From: Galbitalea sp.
GTDB taxonomy: Bacteria; Actinomycetota; Actinomycetes; Actinomycetales; Microbacteriaceae
Direction of reading: 5' to 3'
Length of the DNA: 64,000 nucleotides
Assembly: GCA_036266835.1 (NCBI GenBank)
Contig: DATAXD010000011.1
Location: 183-64,182 of the forward strand
The notes under the pieces were generated by a model. The model made no database searches and was not told the origin of the DNA. It worked only from the letters and a program-made list of their open reading frames with translations. Below are positions 27,902-38,184 of this stretch, one piece after another. How positions within the stretch are numbered: position 1 is the stretch's first letter; each line of letters opens with the position of its first letter. Made by a program: the position numbers and the translations under genes.

Positions 27902-27930
27902 CAAGAGATAAGAAAAGCTAGAGGCGAAAC

Positions 27931-28920
27931 ATGGAGTTTCTCGGTTCACTGTTCACTGATCTCGGTGCGCAGATCCTGTCACCCGTGACCGCGGCATTCG
28001 TGCTCGCGGCCATCGGGGTGAACATCCAGTTCGGCTACACCGGGCTGCTGAACATCGGGCAGGCCGGCTTCATGCTGCTCGGTGCCTACGGCGTCGCGAT
28101 CACCATCGAGTTCGGCGGACCGCTGTGGCTCGGCATCCTCCTCGCCATCGTGGCATCGGTGCTGTTCGCCCTCGTCCTCGGCGTTCCGACGCTGCGGCTT
28201 CGAGGCGACTATCTCGCAATCGTCACGATCGCAGCCGCGGAAATCATCCGCATTGTCGGCGGGGACCAGAGCCTGGTGAATGTTACGGGTGCGGTCGCGG
28301 GTATTCCGGGAACGAAGTACCAGGGGGCGTTCACGGCCCTGTCGCCGTTCCCGAAGAGCGGCCTCTTCACGATTGGTCCGTACACCTATCCGCTCAGCGC
28401 CGGCAACAGTTGGTTCCTGATTATCGTGGCGTGGGTGGCGGTCATCGTGATCGCGCTATTGGTGTTCCTGCTGGTGCGCAGCCCGTGGGGCCGCGTGATC
28501 AAGGGCATACGGGAAGACCAGGATGCGGCGCGCAGTCTTGGTAAGAACGTGCAGCTGTACAAGATGCAGAGCCTCATCATCGGTGGTGTTCTCGGAAGTC
28601 TCGGTGGCGCCGTCTACGCACTGTCCGCATCGGTGCAACCGGACTCGTTCGGCCGCACGACGACCTTCCTGCTGTACACCTGCCTGATTCTCGGTGGCAC
28701 AGCAACGATCTTCGGACCGGTTCTCGGAAGCTTCCTGTACTTCATGGTGCTCGTGGGCTTGCGTGATGTGATCACCCAGTTCGTACCGCCATCGATCATG
28801 AACGCGCAGCAGATCCCGCAGTTCACCTGGATCGTGGTCGGTGTCGGGTTGATGCTTCTGGTGATCTTCAGACCCCAGGGAATCCTTGGCAACAAGAAGG
28901 AGCTCGCGTTCGATGCCTGA
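27931..28920 (+). CDS. livM: LivM-type branched-chain amino acid ABC permease
   Basis: QFGYTGLLNIGQAGFMLLGAY... is a typical LivM start, followed by multiple TM helices. Confidence 0.9.
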   Translation: MEFLGSLFTDLGAQILSPVTAAFVLAAIGVNIQFGYTGLLNIGQAGFMLLGAYGVAITIEFGGPLWLGILLAIVASVLFALVLGVPTLRLRGDYLAIVTIAAAEIIRIVGGDQSLVNVTGAVAGIPGTKYQGAFTALSPFPKSGLFTIGPYTYPLSAGNSWFLIIVAWVAVIVIALLVFLLVRSPWGRVIKGIREDQDAARSLGKNVQLYKMQSLIIGGVLGSLGGAVYALSASVQPDSFGRTTTFLLYTCLILGGTATIFGPVLGSFLYFMVLVGLRDVITQFVPPSIMNAQQIPQFTWIVVGVGLMLLVIFRPQGILGNKKELAFDA

Positions 28921-29953
28921 AACCACTGCCGTCCGCACGCAGCCCGCGTACGAGTACGATCGCACGAAGCTGCGCGCGAAGCTGGCAAAGCTCGACGAGG
29001 TTCCGGGTGTCTCGAAGCCGGATCCCATCCTCACGGTCGACAACATCGCCAGGAATTTCGGTGGCATGCAGGCGGTCGACGTGAAGCACCTCGAGGTGCA
29101 GCGAGGCGCGATCACCGCGCTGATCGGCCCCAATGGCGCAGGCAAAACGACGTTCTTCAACCTGATTACCGGATTTGATCGGGCGAGTTCGGCGCGGGGC
29201 CGATTCACCTCCCGGTCGGCCGACCGATACGCCCAGTGGAGCTTCAACGGCAGGTCGCTTGAGTCGACCGGAGCGGCCAAGGTCGCGCAGGTGGGCATGG
29301 TGCGCACCTTCCAGCTGACCAAGGCGCTGTCGAAGATGACTGTTCTCGACAACATGCTGCTCGGCGCGAAGGACCAGGGAGGCGAACGCTTTTTCACGGC
29401 CTTTGTCAAGCCGCTGTGGGCAGCGCGCGAGCGCGAGATTCGTGCGAAGGCCGAGGATCTGCTGGAGCGATTCAAACTGCTCGAGAAGAAGGACGACTAC
29501 GCCGGCAGTCTCTCGGGCGGCCAGCGCAAGCTGCTGGAAATGGCGCGGGCGCTGATGAGCGACCCGGCGATGATCATGCTCGATGAGCCGATGGCGGGGG
29601 TCAACCCGGCGCTCACGCAATCCCTGCTCGGGCACATCCAGTCACTGCGCGACGACGGAACAACGGTGTTGTTCGTCGAGCACGACATGCATGTTGTGAG
29701 CTACATCTCCGACTGGGTGGTGGTGATGGCCGAGGGAGAGATCGTCGCGGAGGGTGGCCCCGCGAACGTCATGAAGAACCCCGCTGTCGTGGATGCCTAT
29801 CTCGGTGCCCACCACGACGTCGACCTCGGCGACGACTCGCTGCTGGCCGAGGAGAGCGCCGGCGATGACGAGAAGAAGCTCGCCAAGATGGAGGCCGCGG
29901 CCGCCGCCACTCCGCGCCGCCCCACCAAACCACGCAACGGGAAGGCGAACTGA
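28913..29953 (+). CDS. livG: LivG-type ABC ATP-binding protein with C-terminal charged extension
   Basis: Walker A LIGPNGAGKTT, signature LSGGQRKLLEMARA, Walker B IMLDEPMAGVNP. ATG overlaps the livM stop (ATGCCTGA). Confidence 0.9.
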   Translation: MPETTAVRTQPAYEYDRTKLRAKLAKLDEVPGVSKPDPILTVDNIARNFGGMQAVDVKHLEVQRGAITALIGPNGAGKTTFFNLITGFDRASSARGRFTSRSADRYAQWSFNGRSLESTGAAKVAQVGMVRTFQLTKALSKMTVLDNMLLGAKDQGGERFFTAFVKPLWAAREREIRAKAEDLLERFKLLEKKDDYAGSLSGGQRKLLEMARALMSDPAMIMLDEPMAGVNPALTQSLLGHIQSLRDDGTTVLFVEHDMHVVSYISDWVVVMAEGEIVAEGGPANVMKNPAVVDAYLGAHHDVDLGDDSLLAEESAGDDEKKLAKMEAAAAATPRRPTKPRNGKAN

Positions 29954-30711
29954 TGGTTGTCTACACAGGCAAAGGCAAACCCGTTCTCGAGGCCAAAGAC
30001 CTCTATGCCGGCTACCTGCCCGGGATCAACATCCTCAACGGCTGCAACATCGTGGCCTACCCGGGCGAACTGATCGGCATCATCGGCCCGAACGGGGCAG
30101 GCAAGTCGACCCTGCTCAAGGCAATCTTCGGGCTCGTGCCGGTGCGCAAGGGCAACGTCACGCTCAAGGGTGAGGACATCACCAACTCCAAGGCGAACAA
30201 GCTCGTGCAGCTGGGTGTCGGATTCGTACCGCAGAACAACAACGTCTTCCAGGCGCTCACCATTGAGGAGAACCTGCAGATGGGGCTGTACCTGCGTCCC
30301 AAACAGCTCACCGAGCGGCTGAAAGCGATGTACGAGCTCTTCCCTGTGCTGGCCGACCGTCGCAGCCAACGAGCCGGCGGACTTTCGGGAGGCGAGCGAC
30401 AGTCCGTTGCGATGGCGCGGGCGCTCATGATGGATCCATCAGTATTGCTGCTGGACGAGCCATCCGCGGGGCTTTCGCCGGTGCGGCAAGACGAGACGTT
30501 CATCCGTACCCGACGGATCAATGCGACCGGGGTCTCGGTGGTCATGGTCGAGCAGAACGCTCGCCGCTGCCTTCAGATCTGCGATCGCGGCTACGTGCTC
30601 GACCAGGGCAAGGACTCACACACCGGTACCGGTCACGAGTTGGCCGACGACCCGAAGGTCATCGAGCTGTACCTCGGCACCCTCGCCGATGACGTCGACG
30701 GTAAGCGCTAG
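29953..30711 (+). CDS. livF: LivF-type ABC ATP-binding protein
   Basis: Walker A IIGPNGAGKST, signature LSGGERQSVAMARAL, Walker B LLLDEPSAGLSP. TGATG overlap with livG. Confidence 0.9.
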   Translation: MVVYTGKGKPVLEAKDLYAGYLPGINILNGCNIVAYPGELIGIIGPNGAGKSTLLKAIFGLVPVRKGNVTLKGEDITNSKANKLVQLGVGFVPQNNNVFQALTIEENLQMGLYLRPKQLTERLKAMYELFPVLADRRSQRAGGLSGGERQSVAMARALMMDPSVLLLDEPSAGLSPVRQDETFIRTRRINATGVSVVMVEQNARRCLQICDRGYVLDQGKDSHTGTGHELADDPKVIELYLGTLADDVDGKR

Positions 30712-31199
30712 TCCAACTCTCGGAACATCACGTGCAGGCCGACGTACCCTTCGGTCGGATGCGCGAAGGCACCGGGGATTGTCGTCATGATCCGAAAGCC
30801 CAGCGACTCCCACAGGTGAACCGCTGCGACGTTCGTCGCGACGACCGCGTTGAACTGCATACCTAAGAATCCGTCCGCGCGCGCATTCTCGATCACGTGA
30901 ACCGCGAGCGCGCGCCCGACGCCGCGCCCGGCTGCCGTCGCGTCGACCATGAATCCGGCGTTCGCGATGTGCGACCCCCCACCCGCCTGGTTCGGATGCA
31001 GCTCGGCGGTACCGAGGATGCGGTCGTCGTCGTCCTCAGCGACGAAGACGCGCCCGCTTGGCCCGTGCATCCACCACGCCCGCGCCTCAGCCTCGGTGCT
31101 GTCGGTCGGCCAGCAGTACGTTTCGCCGGCCGCGACGATGTCGTGCAGAAACGGCCAGATCCCGGGCCAGTCCGATGACTGGAACTCACGAACTATCAC
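30708..31199 (-). CDS. GNAT family N-acetyltransferase
   Basis: GFMVDATAAGRGVGRALAVHV acetyl-CoA motif. 163 aa. Confidence 0.8.
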   Translation of the reverse strand: MIVREFQSSDWPGIWPFLHDIVAAGETYCWPTDSTEAEARAWWMHGPSGRVFVAEDDDDRILGTAELHPNQAGGGSHIANAGFMVDATAAGRGVGRALAVHVIENARADGFLGMQFNAVVATNVAAVHLWESLGFRIMTTIPGAFAHPTEGYVGLHVMFRELD

Positions 31200-31379
31200 G
31201 GCCCAACGCTACCAACTCGGTGAGTACCGCCCGTGAAACCATCCTTGGGCGCGGGTACAAAGGCGGACGGTTGTGTGACGGATTGAGTCGACCCGTGACG
31301 CGCGGTGACGTGCGCAATCGGAGTGTTACGACGTTTCTGGCGCGGACTTGTGCGGCTGCCTAACATCGGTCACGCCGGG

Positions 31380-31394
31380 CACGGGTAACCCGTG
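31380..31394. promoter_or_regulatory. Perfect palindrome CACGGGT-A-ACCCGTG, candidate operator
   Basis: 15-bp perfect inverted repeat about 52 nt upstream of the peptide-ABC SBP start. Confidence 0.35.
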
Positions 31395-31445
31395 TTCGGC
31401 ATCGCCCATACGCTCGCTCGCTCACTCACGAGAAGGAAACGTCCC

Positions 31446-33098
31446 GTGTCTCGAACCTCCGTGGTCATCCGCACCCTGTCCGTCGTCGCTCTCGCGGTCC
31501 TTGTCGGCACGGCCACCGCTGCCTGCTCCGGGGCAGCGAACGCATCCACCGACGGCGACAAGCCGGTGTCCGGCGGCACGCTGACCTACCTGCAGGACCG
31601 ATCCGAGACCTGCCTCGATCCGGAAATCGGCGGCGACATCCCGCAGGCCATGATCGGCCAGCAGCTCACCGACGACCTCGTGTACGAGGGACCGGGCGGC
31701 AGGATCGAGCCATGGCTCGCGAAGTCGTGGACGATCTCACCAAACGGGCTGACCTACACCTTCACGGTTCGCGACGACGTGCGGTTCACCGACGGCACCA
31801 AATTCGACGCTGCCGCGGTGAAGGCCAACCTCGACCGAGTTGTGGACCCGAAGACGGGATCGTCGACGGATGGCGGTTACCTCGCGCCGTTCTACGCGAA
31901 CTCGAAGGTGCTCAGTCCCTACGTTCTGCGGGTCAACCTCAAGCAGGCGGACACGGCGCTCCTCGATGTGCTCGCGCAGGGATACATCGGCATCGAGTCA
32001 CCCGCCGGGCTCGCACGCGGGCAGGAGAAGAACTGCGACGACCCGATCGGAACCGGTCCGTTCAAGGTCGCCAGCTACACCCCCAACCAACAGGTAGTCC
32101 TCGTTCGCAATGCCCACTACAACACGGCGCCTCCCGGATCGGCCCACCAGGGTCCCGCGTACCTCAGCAAACTGATCTGGAAGATCGTGCCGGATGCGAC
32201 CGTGCGGTACGCGGCACTGAACAAGCAGGAGGCCGACGTCATCTACTACCCGCCAGCCCAGGATTGGAAGGCGCTCCTCGCGGGCGGCGAGAAGATCCTC
32301 ACGCACGAGCGTCCGGGCAGCCCGGACGGCATCACCTTCAACGTGACGAAGGCGCCACTGACTGACGTGAGGGTGCGCCAGGCGATCATCTTCGCATCGG
32401 ATGAGGCGACGAACCTGAAGAGCGCGTACTTCGGCACCTATCCGTATGTGGGCAGCCCGCTCGTGAAGGGAACGCCCGCGTACGATGCATCCCTGCAGAA
32501 CGCCTACCCGGCGAGCACCACTCGGGCCAACGCTCTGCTCGATGCGGCGGGCTGGACCACCAGGAACGCTGCCGGCTATCGCACCAAAAACGGCGTCGAA
32601 CTCAAGGTCACGATCCCGTACGGCTCGGATGCGGGCCAGACTCCCGCCGAGGACCTGACGCTGTACGAAGACATCCAGGCGTCCGAGAAGAAGGCCGGCA
32701 TCGACATCGTGCTGCAGCCGATCAGTACGGCGGTGTTGTACGACCTGTACTCGTCGCACGACTACCAGACGCTCGCGGGTGACTACTGGATCACCAACAC
32801 CCCCGACGTCCTGCGAACCCTCTTCTCGACGCAGGCGCTCAAGTATTACGGAACGAACGGCGATGTGTACTCCAACCCGAAGCTGGATGCGGTCCTGAAC
32901 CAGGCGTTGTCCCAGCAGGATGAGTCGAAGCGGGCCGCGCTCTACGCCCAAGCCCAGCAGATCGTTTCGGATGCAGCGCTCGAGCTCAACCTCTACCCGG
33001 CGGAGGAGCGGCTCGCCTACAACGCGGACGTTCACGGAATCACCGCGGACTATGCGGTGGGGCTGCCCGACTTCCACGACGCCTGGATCTCGAAATAG
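31446..33098 (+). CDS. ABC substrate-binding lipoprotein, family 5 (peptide/nickel type)
   Basis: Signal peptide ...GTATAACSG. SBP_bac_5-like length and pattern. GAAGGAA Shine-Dalgarno before GTG 31446 (alternative GTG at 31392). Confidence 0.85.
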   Translation: MSRTSVVIRTLSVVALAVLVGTATAACSGAANASTDGDKPVSGGTLTYLQDRSETCLDPEIGGDIPQAMIGQQLTDDLVYEGPGGRIEPWLAKSWTISPNGLTYTFTVRDDVRFTDGTKFDAAAVKANLDRVVDPKTGSSTDGGYLAPFYANSKVLSPYVLRVNLKQADTALLDVLAQGYIGIESPAGLARGQEKNCDDPIGTGPFKVASYTPNQQVVLVRNAHYNTAPPGSAHQGPAYLSKLIWKIVPDATVRYAALNKQEADVIYYPPAQDWKALLAGGEKILTHERPGSPDGITFNVTKAPLTDVRVRQAIIFASDEATNLKSAYFGTYPYVGSPLVKGTPAYDASLQNAYPASTTRANALLDAAGWTTRNAAGYRTKNGVELKVTIPYGSDAGQTPAEDLTLYEDIQASEKKAGIDIVLQPISTAVLYDLYSSHDYQTLAGDYWITNTPDVLRTLFSTQALKYYGTNGDVYSNPKLDAVLNQALSQQDESKRAALYAQAQQIVSDAALELNLYPAEERLAYNADVHGITADYAVGLPDFHDAWISK

Positions 33099-34111
33099 TG
33101 ACGGCTCTGGCGACGGCGGCCGTGGGGTTCGAGGATGACCTCGACTCGGAGTTCACCGCGCGCGCGGATTCTGGCCCGCGCGCGCGGTGGCGGAGGATTG
33201 GACGGGATCTGGGGAACGGCATCCTCGTGCTGTGGGGAGCGGCGACTCTGACGTTTTTCGCGGTGAATGCGATGCCCGGCAATCCCGCGGTTGCGATGGC
33301 CGGCGGGGCGGGCAGCCACCCGAGCAAGGCCCTGATCGCTGCGGTCACGAGAGAGTACGGCTTCGACAAACCACTGATCGTGCAGTACTTCACCTATCTC
33401 AGCCAGGTCGTACAGGGCCACCTCGGGTTCTCGGCATCCCAGAAGGAGCAGGTCACGACCGTCATCTCGCAGTCGATCTGGCCGACCATCACGCTCACCC
33501 TCACCGCGCTCGCGCTCGCCTGGCTGATCGCGATTGCGTCCTGCCTCATCACTGTTCGGCGCAGGCGCGTGGTGTCCTCGCTCGGATCCGGACTCGAGGT
33601 GTTCGCTGCATCCCTACCGCAATACTGGTTGGGGATCGTACTGCTGGAGGTCTTCGCCTTCACGCTCGGCTGGATTCCCGCGACCGGCGGAACTGGCATT
33701 ATCGGGCTGATCCTTCCCGCGCTCACCCTGGCGATCCCGCTCGGTGGATTCCTGTCGCAGGTAACCCGCGATGAGTTCGAGGCGGCACTGGAACAGCCGT
33801 TCGTGGTTTCGGCGCGAGCTCGCGGCATGAGCGATCGGGCGGTGCGCCTGCGGCACGCGTTGCGCCACGCGATCCTGCCGGGGCTGTCGCTGTCCGGCTG
33901 GGCACTCGGCGCACTGATCAGCGGCGCGGTCATTGTCGAGACGCTGTTTTCGCGCAACGGGCTGGGCGGCATCCTTCTCGTCGGCGTCTCGCAACAGGAC
34001 ATGCCGCTGACCGTCGGTGTGACCCTGATCGTGGCGCTCACCTACGTGATTGCGGGCCTCGTGGTCGACGCGCTCTACCTGCTCGTCGACCCGCGACTTC
34101 GTGCGCGCTGA
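33098..34111 (+). CDS. ABC permease (DppB/OppB-like)
   Basis: BPD_transp_1 pattern including FVVSARARGMSDRAVRLRHALRHA. Six TM helices. Confidence 0.85.
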   Translation: MTALATAAVGFEDDLDSEFTARADSGPRARWRRIGRDLGNGILVLWGAATLTFFAVNAMPGNPAVAMAGGAGSHPSKALIAAVTREYGFDKPLIVQYFTYLSQVVQGHLGFSASQKEQVTTVISQSIWPTITLTLTALALAWLIAIASCLITVRRRRVVSSLGSGLEVFAASLPQYWLGIVLLEVFAFTLGWIPATGGTGIIGLILPALTLAIPLGGFLSQVTRDEFEAALEQPFVVSARARGMSDRAVRLRHALRHAILPGLSLSGWALGALISGAVIVETLFSRNGLGGILLVGVSQQDMPLTVGVTLIVALTYVIAGLVVDALYLLVDPRLRAR

Positions 34112-34159
34112 CGAGAACCACCAGAGGATCAGGAACGAGCCGACGATGAGGAGTAGAGG

Positions 34160-35044
34160 ATGACAGCAATCAACTCTCGGTCGAGCGTCGCCGCGGTCGC
34201 GCGCGCCGCCACTTTCCGCGGCACTTCGCTGCGACTGCCGCGCCCGGGTCCGCTGCTTGCCGTTCTGTTCCTGCTGTTCCTGGTGGTCGCGGTAGTGGAT
34301 CCGTCGCTCCTGACCCGATACCAACCGCTTGCGATCAATCCGGCGCATTCGCTGGAGCCCCCGTCGTTCACGCATTGGTTCGGAACGGATCCGTCGGGTC
34401 GCGACATCTTCGCGCGCGTCGTGTACGGCGCGGCACCGTCGCTTTCCATCGGAGTTGCGGCGACCGCGCTGGCCCTGGTGCTCGCGATCACCCTCGGTCT
34501 GATCGGCGGTCTCGGCGGTCGATTCGTGGATGGGGTCGTCAGTCGAGTGCTCGAGGTGCTGTTCGCCTTCCCGGCTCTGCTGCTCGCGCTGTTGTTCGTC
34601 ACGATCTTCGGGGCCAGCGTGACATCCCTCATAGTCTCGGTCGGTCTCGGCTCCGCTCCCGGGTATGCCCGGATGGTGCGAGGACAGGTCATCGCCGTGA
34701 AGAGTGCGCCGTACATCAAGGCGTCGCGCGTACTCGGCCACTCGCGCGCACGCATCCTGCGTCAGTCGATCCTGCCGAACGCGATGCGTCCGTTGCTGGT
34801 GCTCGGAACACTCGGGATCGGCCAGTCGATTGTCTGGGCATCATCGCTCAGTTTTCTCGGCCTTGGTGCGGCACCTCCGGCGCCGGAGTGGGGAGCGATG
34901 CTCGCCGCGGGTCGCGACTTCATCTCATCCGCGTGGTGGGCCGAGCTGTTCCCGGGAGCGGTGATCGTGCTGGTGACACTCGCGACAACGTCTCTCGGAC
35001 GCTACGTGCAGCGCCGTCTCGAGGGTCGGGACGCGGGCACATGA
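34160..35044 (+). CDS. ABC permease (DppC/OppC-like)
   Basis: HWFGTDPSGRDIFARVVYGA and APYIKASRVLGHSRARILRQSILPN motifs. Confidence 0.85.
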   Translation: MTAINSRSSVAAVARAATFRGTSLRLPRPGPLLAVLFLLFLVVAVVDPSLLTRYQPLAINPAHSLEPPSFTHWFGTDPSGRDIFARVVYGAAPSLSIGVAATALALVLAITLGLIGGLGGRFVDGVVSRVLEVLFAFPALLLALLFVTIFGASVTSLIVSVGLGSAPGYARMVRGQVIAVKSAPYIKASRVLGHSRARILRQSILPNAMRPLLVLGTLGIGQSIVWASSLSFLGLGAAPPAPEWGAMLAAGRDFISSAWWAELFPGAVIVLVTLATTSLGRYVQRRLEGRDAGT

Positions 35045-36687
35045 GCGCAGTCGACGTCCGCGACCTTCGCATCGGGTTCGGACGCGGAGCGGAGCACCGC
35101 GAAGTGGTCAAGGGCATCTCGATCTCCATCGAACCCGGCGAGTGCCTGGCGCTCGTCGGTGAATCGGGATCGGGCAAGAGCCTGACCGCCCGATCGCTTG
35201 TGGGACTGGCCGGCGCCGGATCGACCGTGACGGCATCCGCGCTTGAGCTCCACGGCCGGGACCTGCGTGCAGCGCGCGATCGCGACTGGCGCACGATCCG
35301 CGGCAGGGATGTCGGATTCGTCCTGCAGGATGCGCTGGTCTCCCTCGACCCGCTGCGGCCGGTCGGCAAGGAGATCGCGGAGGCGCTCAAACTCCACGGC
35401 TGGGGCACCGCGAGGTCCCGCCACGCGCGGGTTCTGGAGCTCCTCGAACGAGCCGGAGTGCCCGAGCCGCAGCTGCGTGCGCGCCAACTGCCCGGCGAAT
35501 TGTCGGGCGGACTGCGCCAACGGGCACTGATCGCTTCGGCGATCGCGCTCGATCCGGGGCTTCTCATCGCCGACGAGCCGACCACCGCGCTCGACGTAAC
35601 CGTGCAGGCGCAGATCCTCGACCTGCTCGAGGAGACCAAGGCCAGGGGTAGGGCCCTCCTGGTCATCAGCCACGACCTGGCTGTCGTTTCCCGGATCGCC
35701 GACCGCGTCGCGGTCATGAAGTCCGGCGTGATCGTCGAGCAGGGCCCGACCGCCGAGGTGCTGTTCGAGCCTCGCGACCCGTACACCCGGAAGCTGCTGG
35801 ATGCCGTACCGAACGGACACGATCGGAGGACCCGGCTGTCGCCGTCTTCATCGATTCGGGTGCGAGAGCGCACCATCCCATCGAACCCACCCTCGGCAGA
35901 GTCGACTGCGCCGATCATCCGCGCAGAGAACTTGACGAAGACATACAAGGGACCGGACGGCGTCGCCCGCACGGTCGTGAGCGATGTGAGCTTCGAGCTG
36001 GCTGCCGGTGAGACCCTGGGCGTCGTCGGGGAGTCCGGTTCGGGCAAAACCACCGTTGCCAGGCTCGTGCTCGCCGTGACGCGCCCAGACCGTGGACGCG
36101 TGCTCGTATCCGGTGAGGAATGGTCGTCGCTGTCCGAGACCCAGCGTCGGCCGCGCAGGCGGCTGATCACGAGTGTGTACCAGGACCCGCTGAGCTCGTT
36201 CGATCCGCGCTGGAGCGTCGGCCGCATCCTCACCGATGCCCTGCCCGATGACGGCTACCCCGGCACAGCCGCGCGCGGCGCTCGCGTGCTCGAGCTGCTC
36301 GAACTTGTCGGTCTCGGCGCTGAGCACCTGACCCGGCGACCACTGCTGCTCTCGGGCGGAGAGCGACAGCGTGTGGCGATCGCGAGAGCGCTCGCTCCCG
36401 AGCCGGCAGTGATCGTCTGCGACGAGTCGGTGTCAGCACTGGATGTCTCGATCCAGGCGCAGGTGCTCGACTTGCTGGCAGATCTCCAGGACCAACTCGG
36501 CGTCAGCTACCTGTTCATCTCGCACGACCTGGGCGTGATTCACCACGTGAGTGATCGTGTGCTGGTCATGCGCGGCGGACGGCTCGTCGAACAGGGAACG
36601 TCCGACCAGATTTTCGACTCGCCGCAGAACCCCTACACCCAGCGACTCCTGGGATCGCTGCCGACCATTGAAAGCGCACGCACATGA
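35041..36687 (+). CDS. Duplicated ABC ATP-binding protein (DppD-DppF fused)
   Basis: Two Walker A motifs (LVGESGSGKS, VVGESGSGKTT) and two signatures (LSGGLRQRA, LSGGERQRVAIARAL). ATGA overlap with the upstream permease. The 34375-35040 part of the ORF is rejected. Confidence 0.9.
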   Translation: MSAVDVRDLRIGFGRGAEHREVVKGISISIEPGECLALVGESGSGKSLTARSLVGLAGAGSTVTASALELHGRDLRAARDRDWRTIRGRDVGFVLQDALVSLDPLRPVGKEIAEALKLHGWGTARSRHARVLELLERAGVPEPQLRARQLPGELSGGLRQRALIASAIALDPGLLIADEPTTALDVTVQAQILDLLEETKARGRALLVISHDLAVVSRIADRVAVMKSGVIVEQGPTAEVLFEPRDPYTRKLLDAVPNGHDRRTRLSPSSSIRVRERTIPSNPPSAESTAPIIRAENLTKTYKGPDGVARTVVSDVSFELAAGETLGVVGESGSGKTTVARLVLAVTRPDRGRVLVSGEEWSSLSETQRRPRRRLITSVYQDPLSSFDPRWSVGRILTDALPDDGYPGTAARGARVLELLELVGLGAEHLTRRPLLLSGGERQRVAIARALAPEPAVIVCDESVSALDVSIQAQVLDLLADLQDQLGVSYLFISHDLGVIHHVSDRVLVMRGGRLVEQGTSDQIFDSPQNPYTQRLLGSLPTIESART

Positions 36688-38099
36688 CCAAGCCAATCTC
36701 CTTCAACCTGTTCGAAATGAACTGTGTCGGCCATATCTCGCACGGTCTCTGGGCGCATCCGGAGAACACCAGACACCGCTTCAACGACATCGACTTCTGG
36801 ATCCAGGAGGCGAAACTTCTCGAGGAGGGGTTATTCGACTCGGTGTTCCTCGCGGATGTCATCGGTACCTACGACGGATACCGGGGTGGCGCGGACACCG
36901 CCCTGGCGGAGGCCGTGCAGATCCCGAGCAATGACCCCCTGCTGGTGATCCCCGCAATGGCCGCGGTTACCAAACACCTCGGTTTCGCGGCGACGTTCTC
37001 GACCACCTACGAGCCGCCGTTCGCATTCGCTCGCCGTGCCTCAACACTCGATCACCTCACCCGGGGCCGGTTCGGGTGGAACATCGTCACGTCGTACCTG
37101 CCCAATGCCGCCCGCAACTTCAGCCTCGACGACGAAGTTGCCCACGACGACCGCTACGCGCTCGCTGACGAATTCCTCGATGTGGTGTACAAGCTCTGGG
37201 AGGGTTCATGGGACGACGACGCCGTCGTGGTTGATCGGGCCAACAACGTCTACACCGACCCGTCGCGGGTTCGCTACATCAATCACGTGAGCGAGCACTA
37301 CCGCGTCGCCGGCCCGCATCTGTCGGAACCCTCGCCGCAACGAACCCCGCTGCTCTTCCAGGCGGGCAGCTCGCCGCGAGGCCGCGAATTTGCTGCGAAG
37401 CACGCCGAAGCCGTGTTCGTCGGTGGATCCAGCACCGCCGAGTATCGCGACAACGTTGCCGACGTCAGACGTCGCGCGGAACTGCTCGGACGCCCTGGCG
37501 ACCAGATCAAGGCCTACGCCATGGCGGTGATAATCGTCGGCCGCACCCGCGAAGAAGCGGATCGCAAGGCGGACGAGTATCGCCGCTTCACCCGGGCCGA
37601 GGGTTACCTCGCGCACGCGGGCGGGAGCGGCATCGACCTGGCGGCGTATCCGCGCGAGGCGCTCATCTCCGACATCATCGAGGCGGAGAACCGACCCGGT
37701 CGAGGGAAGTTGGAGGACTCGGCGCGGTACTACGGCAGGACCGTGGGTGAGTCGCTTGATGCCGTGACCCGCTTCGACCGTCCGCCGTTCTTCGCGATCG
37801 GCACGCCGACCGAGGTCGTCGACTCGATTCAGCGGTGGGTCGAGGAAACCGATCTCGACGGTTTCAATTTGCGCCAGTTCCTGACGCCCGGGACGGCGGA
37901 GGACTTCATCGAGCTCGTCGTTCCGGAGTTGCAGAAACGCGGGCTCTACCGCACGAAGTATGAGGACGGAACCCTGCGCGAGCGGCTGTTCGGCCAGGGC
38001 AACGCGCGGGTATTCCCGGAGCATCCGGCTGCGCGGTATCGCGGAGGCCGCAATCTCGACCGCTCGTCCGCGACGGAATTTGTAACGATCGACACGTAA
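36684..38099 (+). CDS. LLM-class flavin-dependent monooxygenase, NtaA/SnaA/DszA family
   Basis: ISFNLFEMNCVGHISHGLWAHPEN... is the family-typical N-terminus. 471 aa. ATGA overlap with the ATPase gene. Confidence 0.85.
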   Translation: MTKPISFNLFEMNCVGHISHGLWAHPENTRHRFNDIDFWIQEAKLLEEGLFDSVFLADVIGTYDGYRGGADTALAEAVQIPSNDPLLVIPAMAAVTKHLGFAATFSTTYEPPFAFARRASTLDHLTRGRFGWNIVTSYLPNAARNFSLDDEVAHDDRYALADEFLDVVYKLWEGSWDDDAVVVDRANNVYTDPSRVRYINHVSEHYRVAGPHLSEPSPQRTPLLFQAGSSPRGREFAAKHAEAVFVGGSSTAEYRDNVADVRRRAELLGRPGDQIKAYAMAVIIVGRTREEADRKADEYRRFTRAEGYLAHAGGSGIDLAAYPREALISDIIEAENRPGRGKLEDSARYYGRTVGESLDAVTRFDRPPFFAIGTPTEVVDSIQRWVEETDLDGFNLRQFLTPGTAEDFIELVVPELQKRGLYRTKYEDGTLRERLFGQGNARVFPEHPAARYRGGRNLDRSSATEFVTIDT

Positions 38100-38184
38100 C
38101 ACGCCAGAAATCCCGGGCGGCAGCCGCAGGTTCATCCAGAATTGACTGATTCGGTCGGACGACTGCGAGCGAGGGCCACCAACA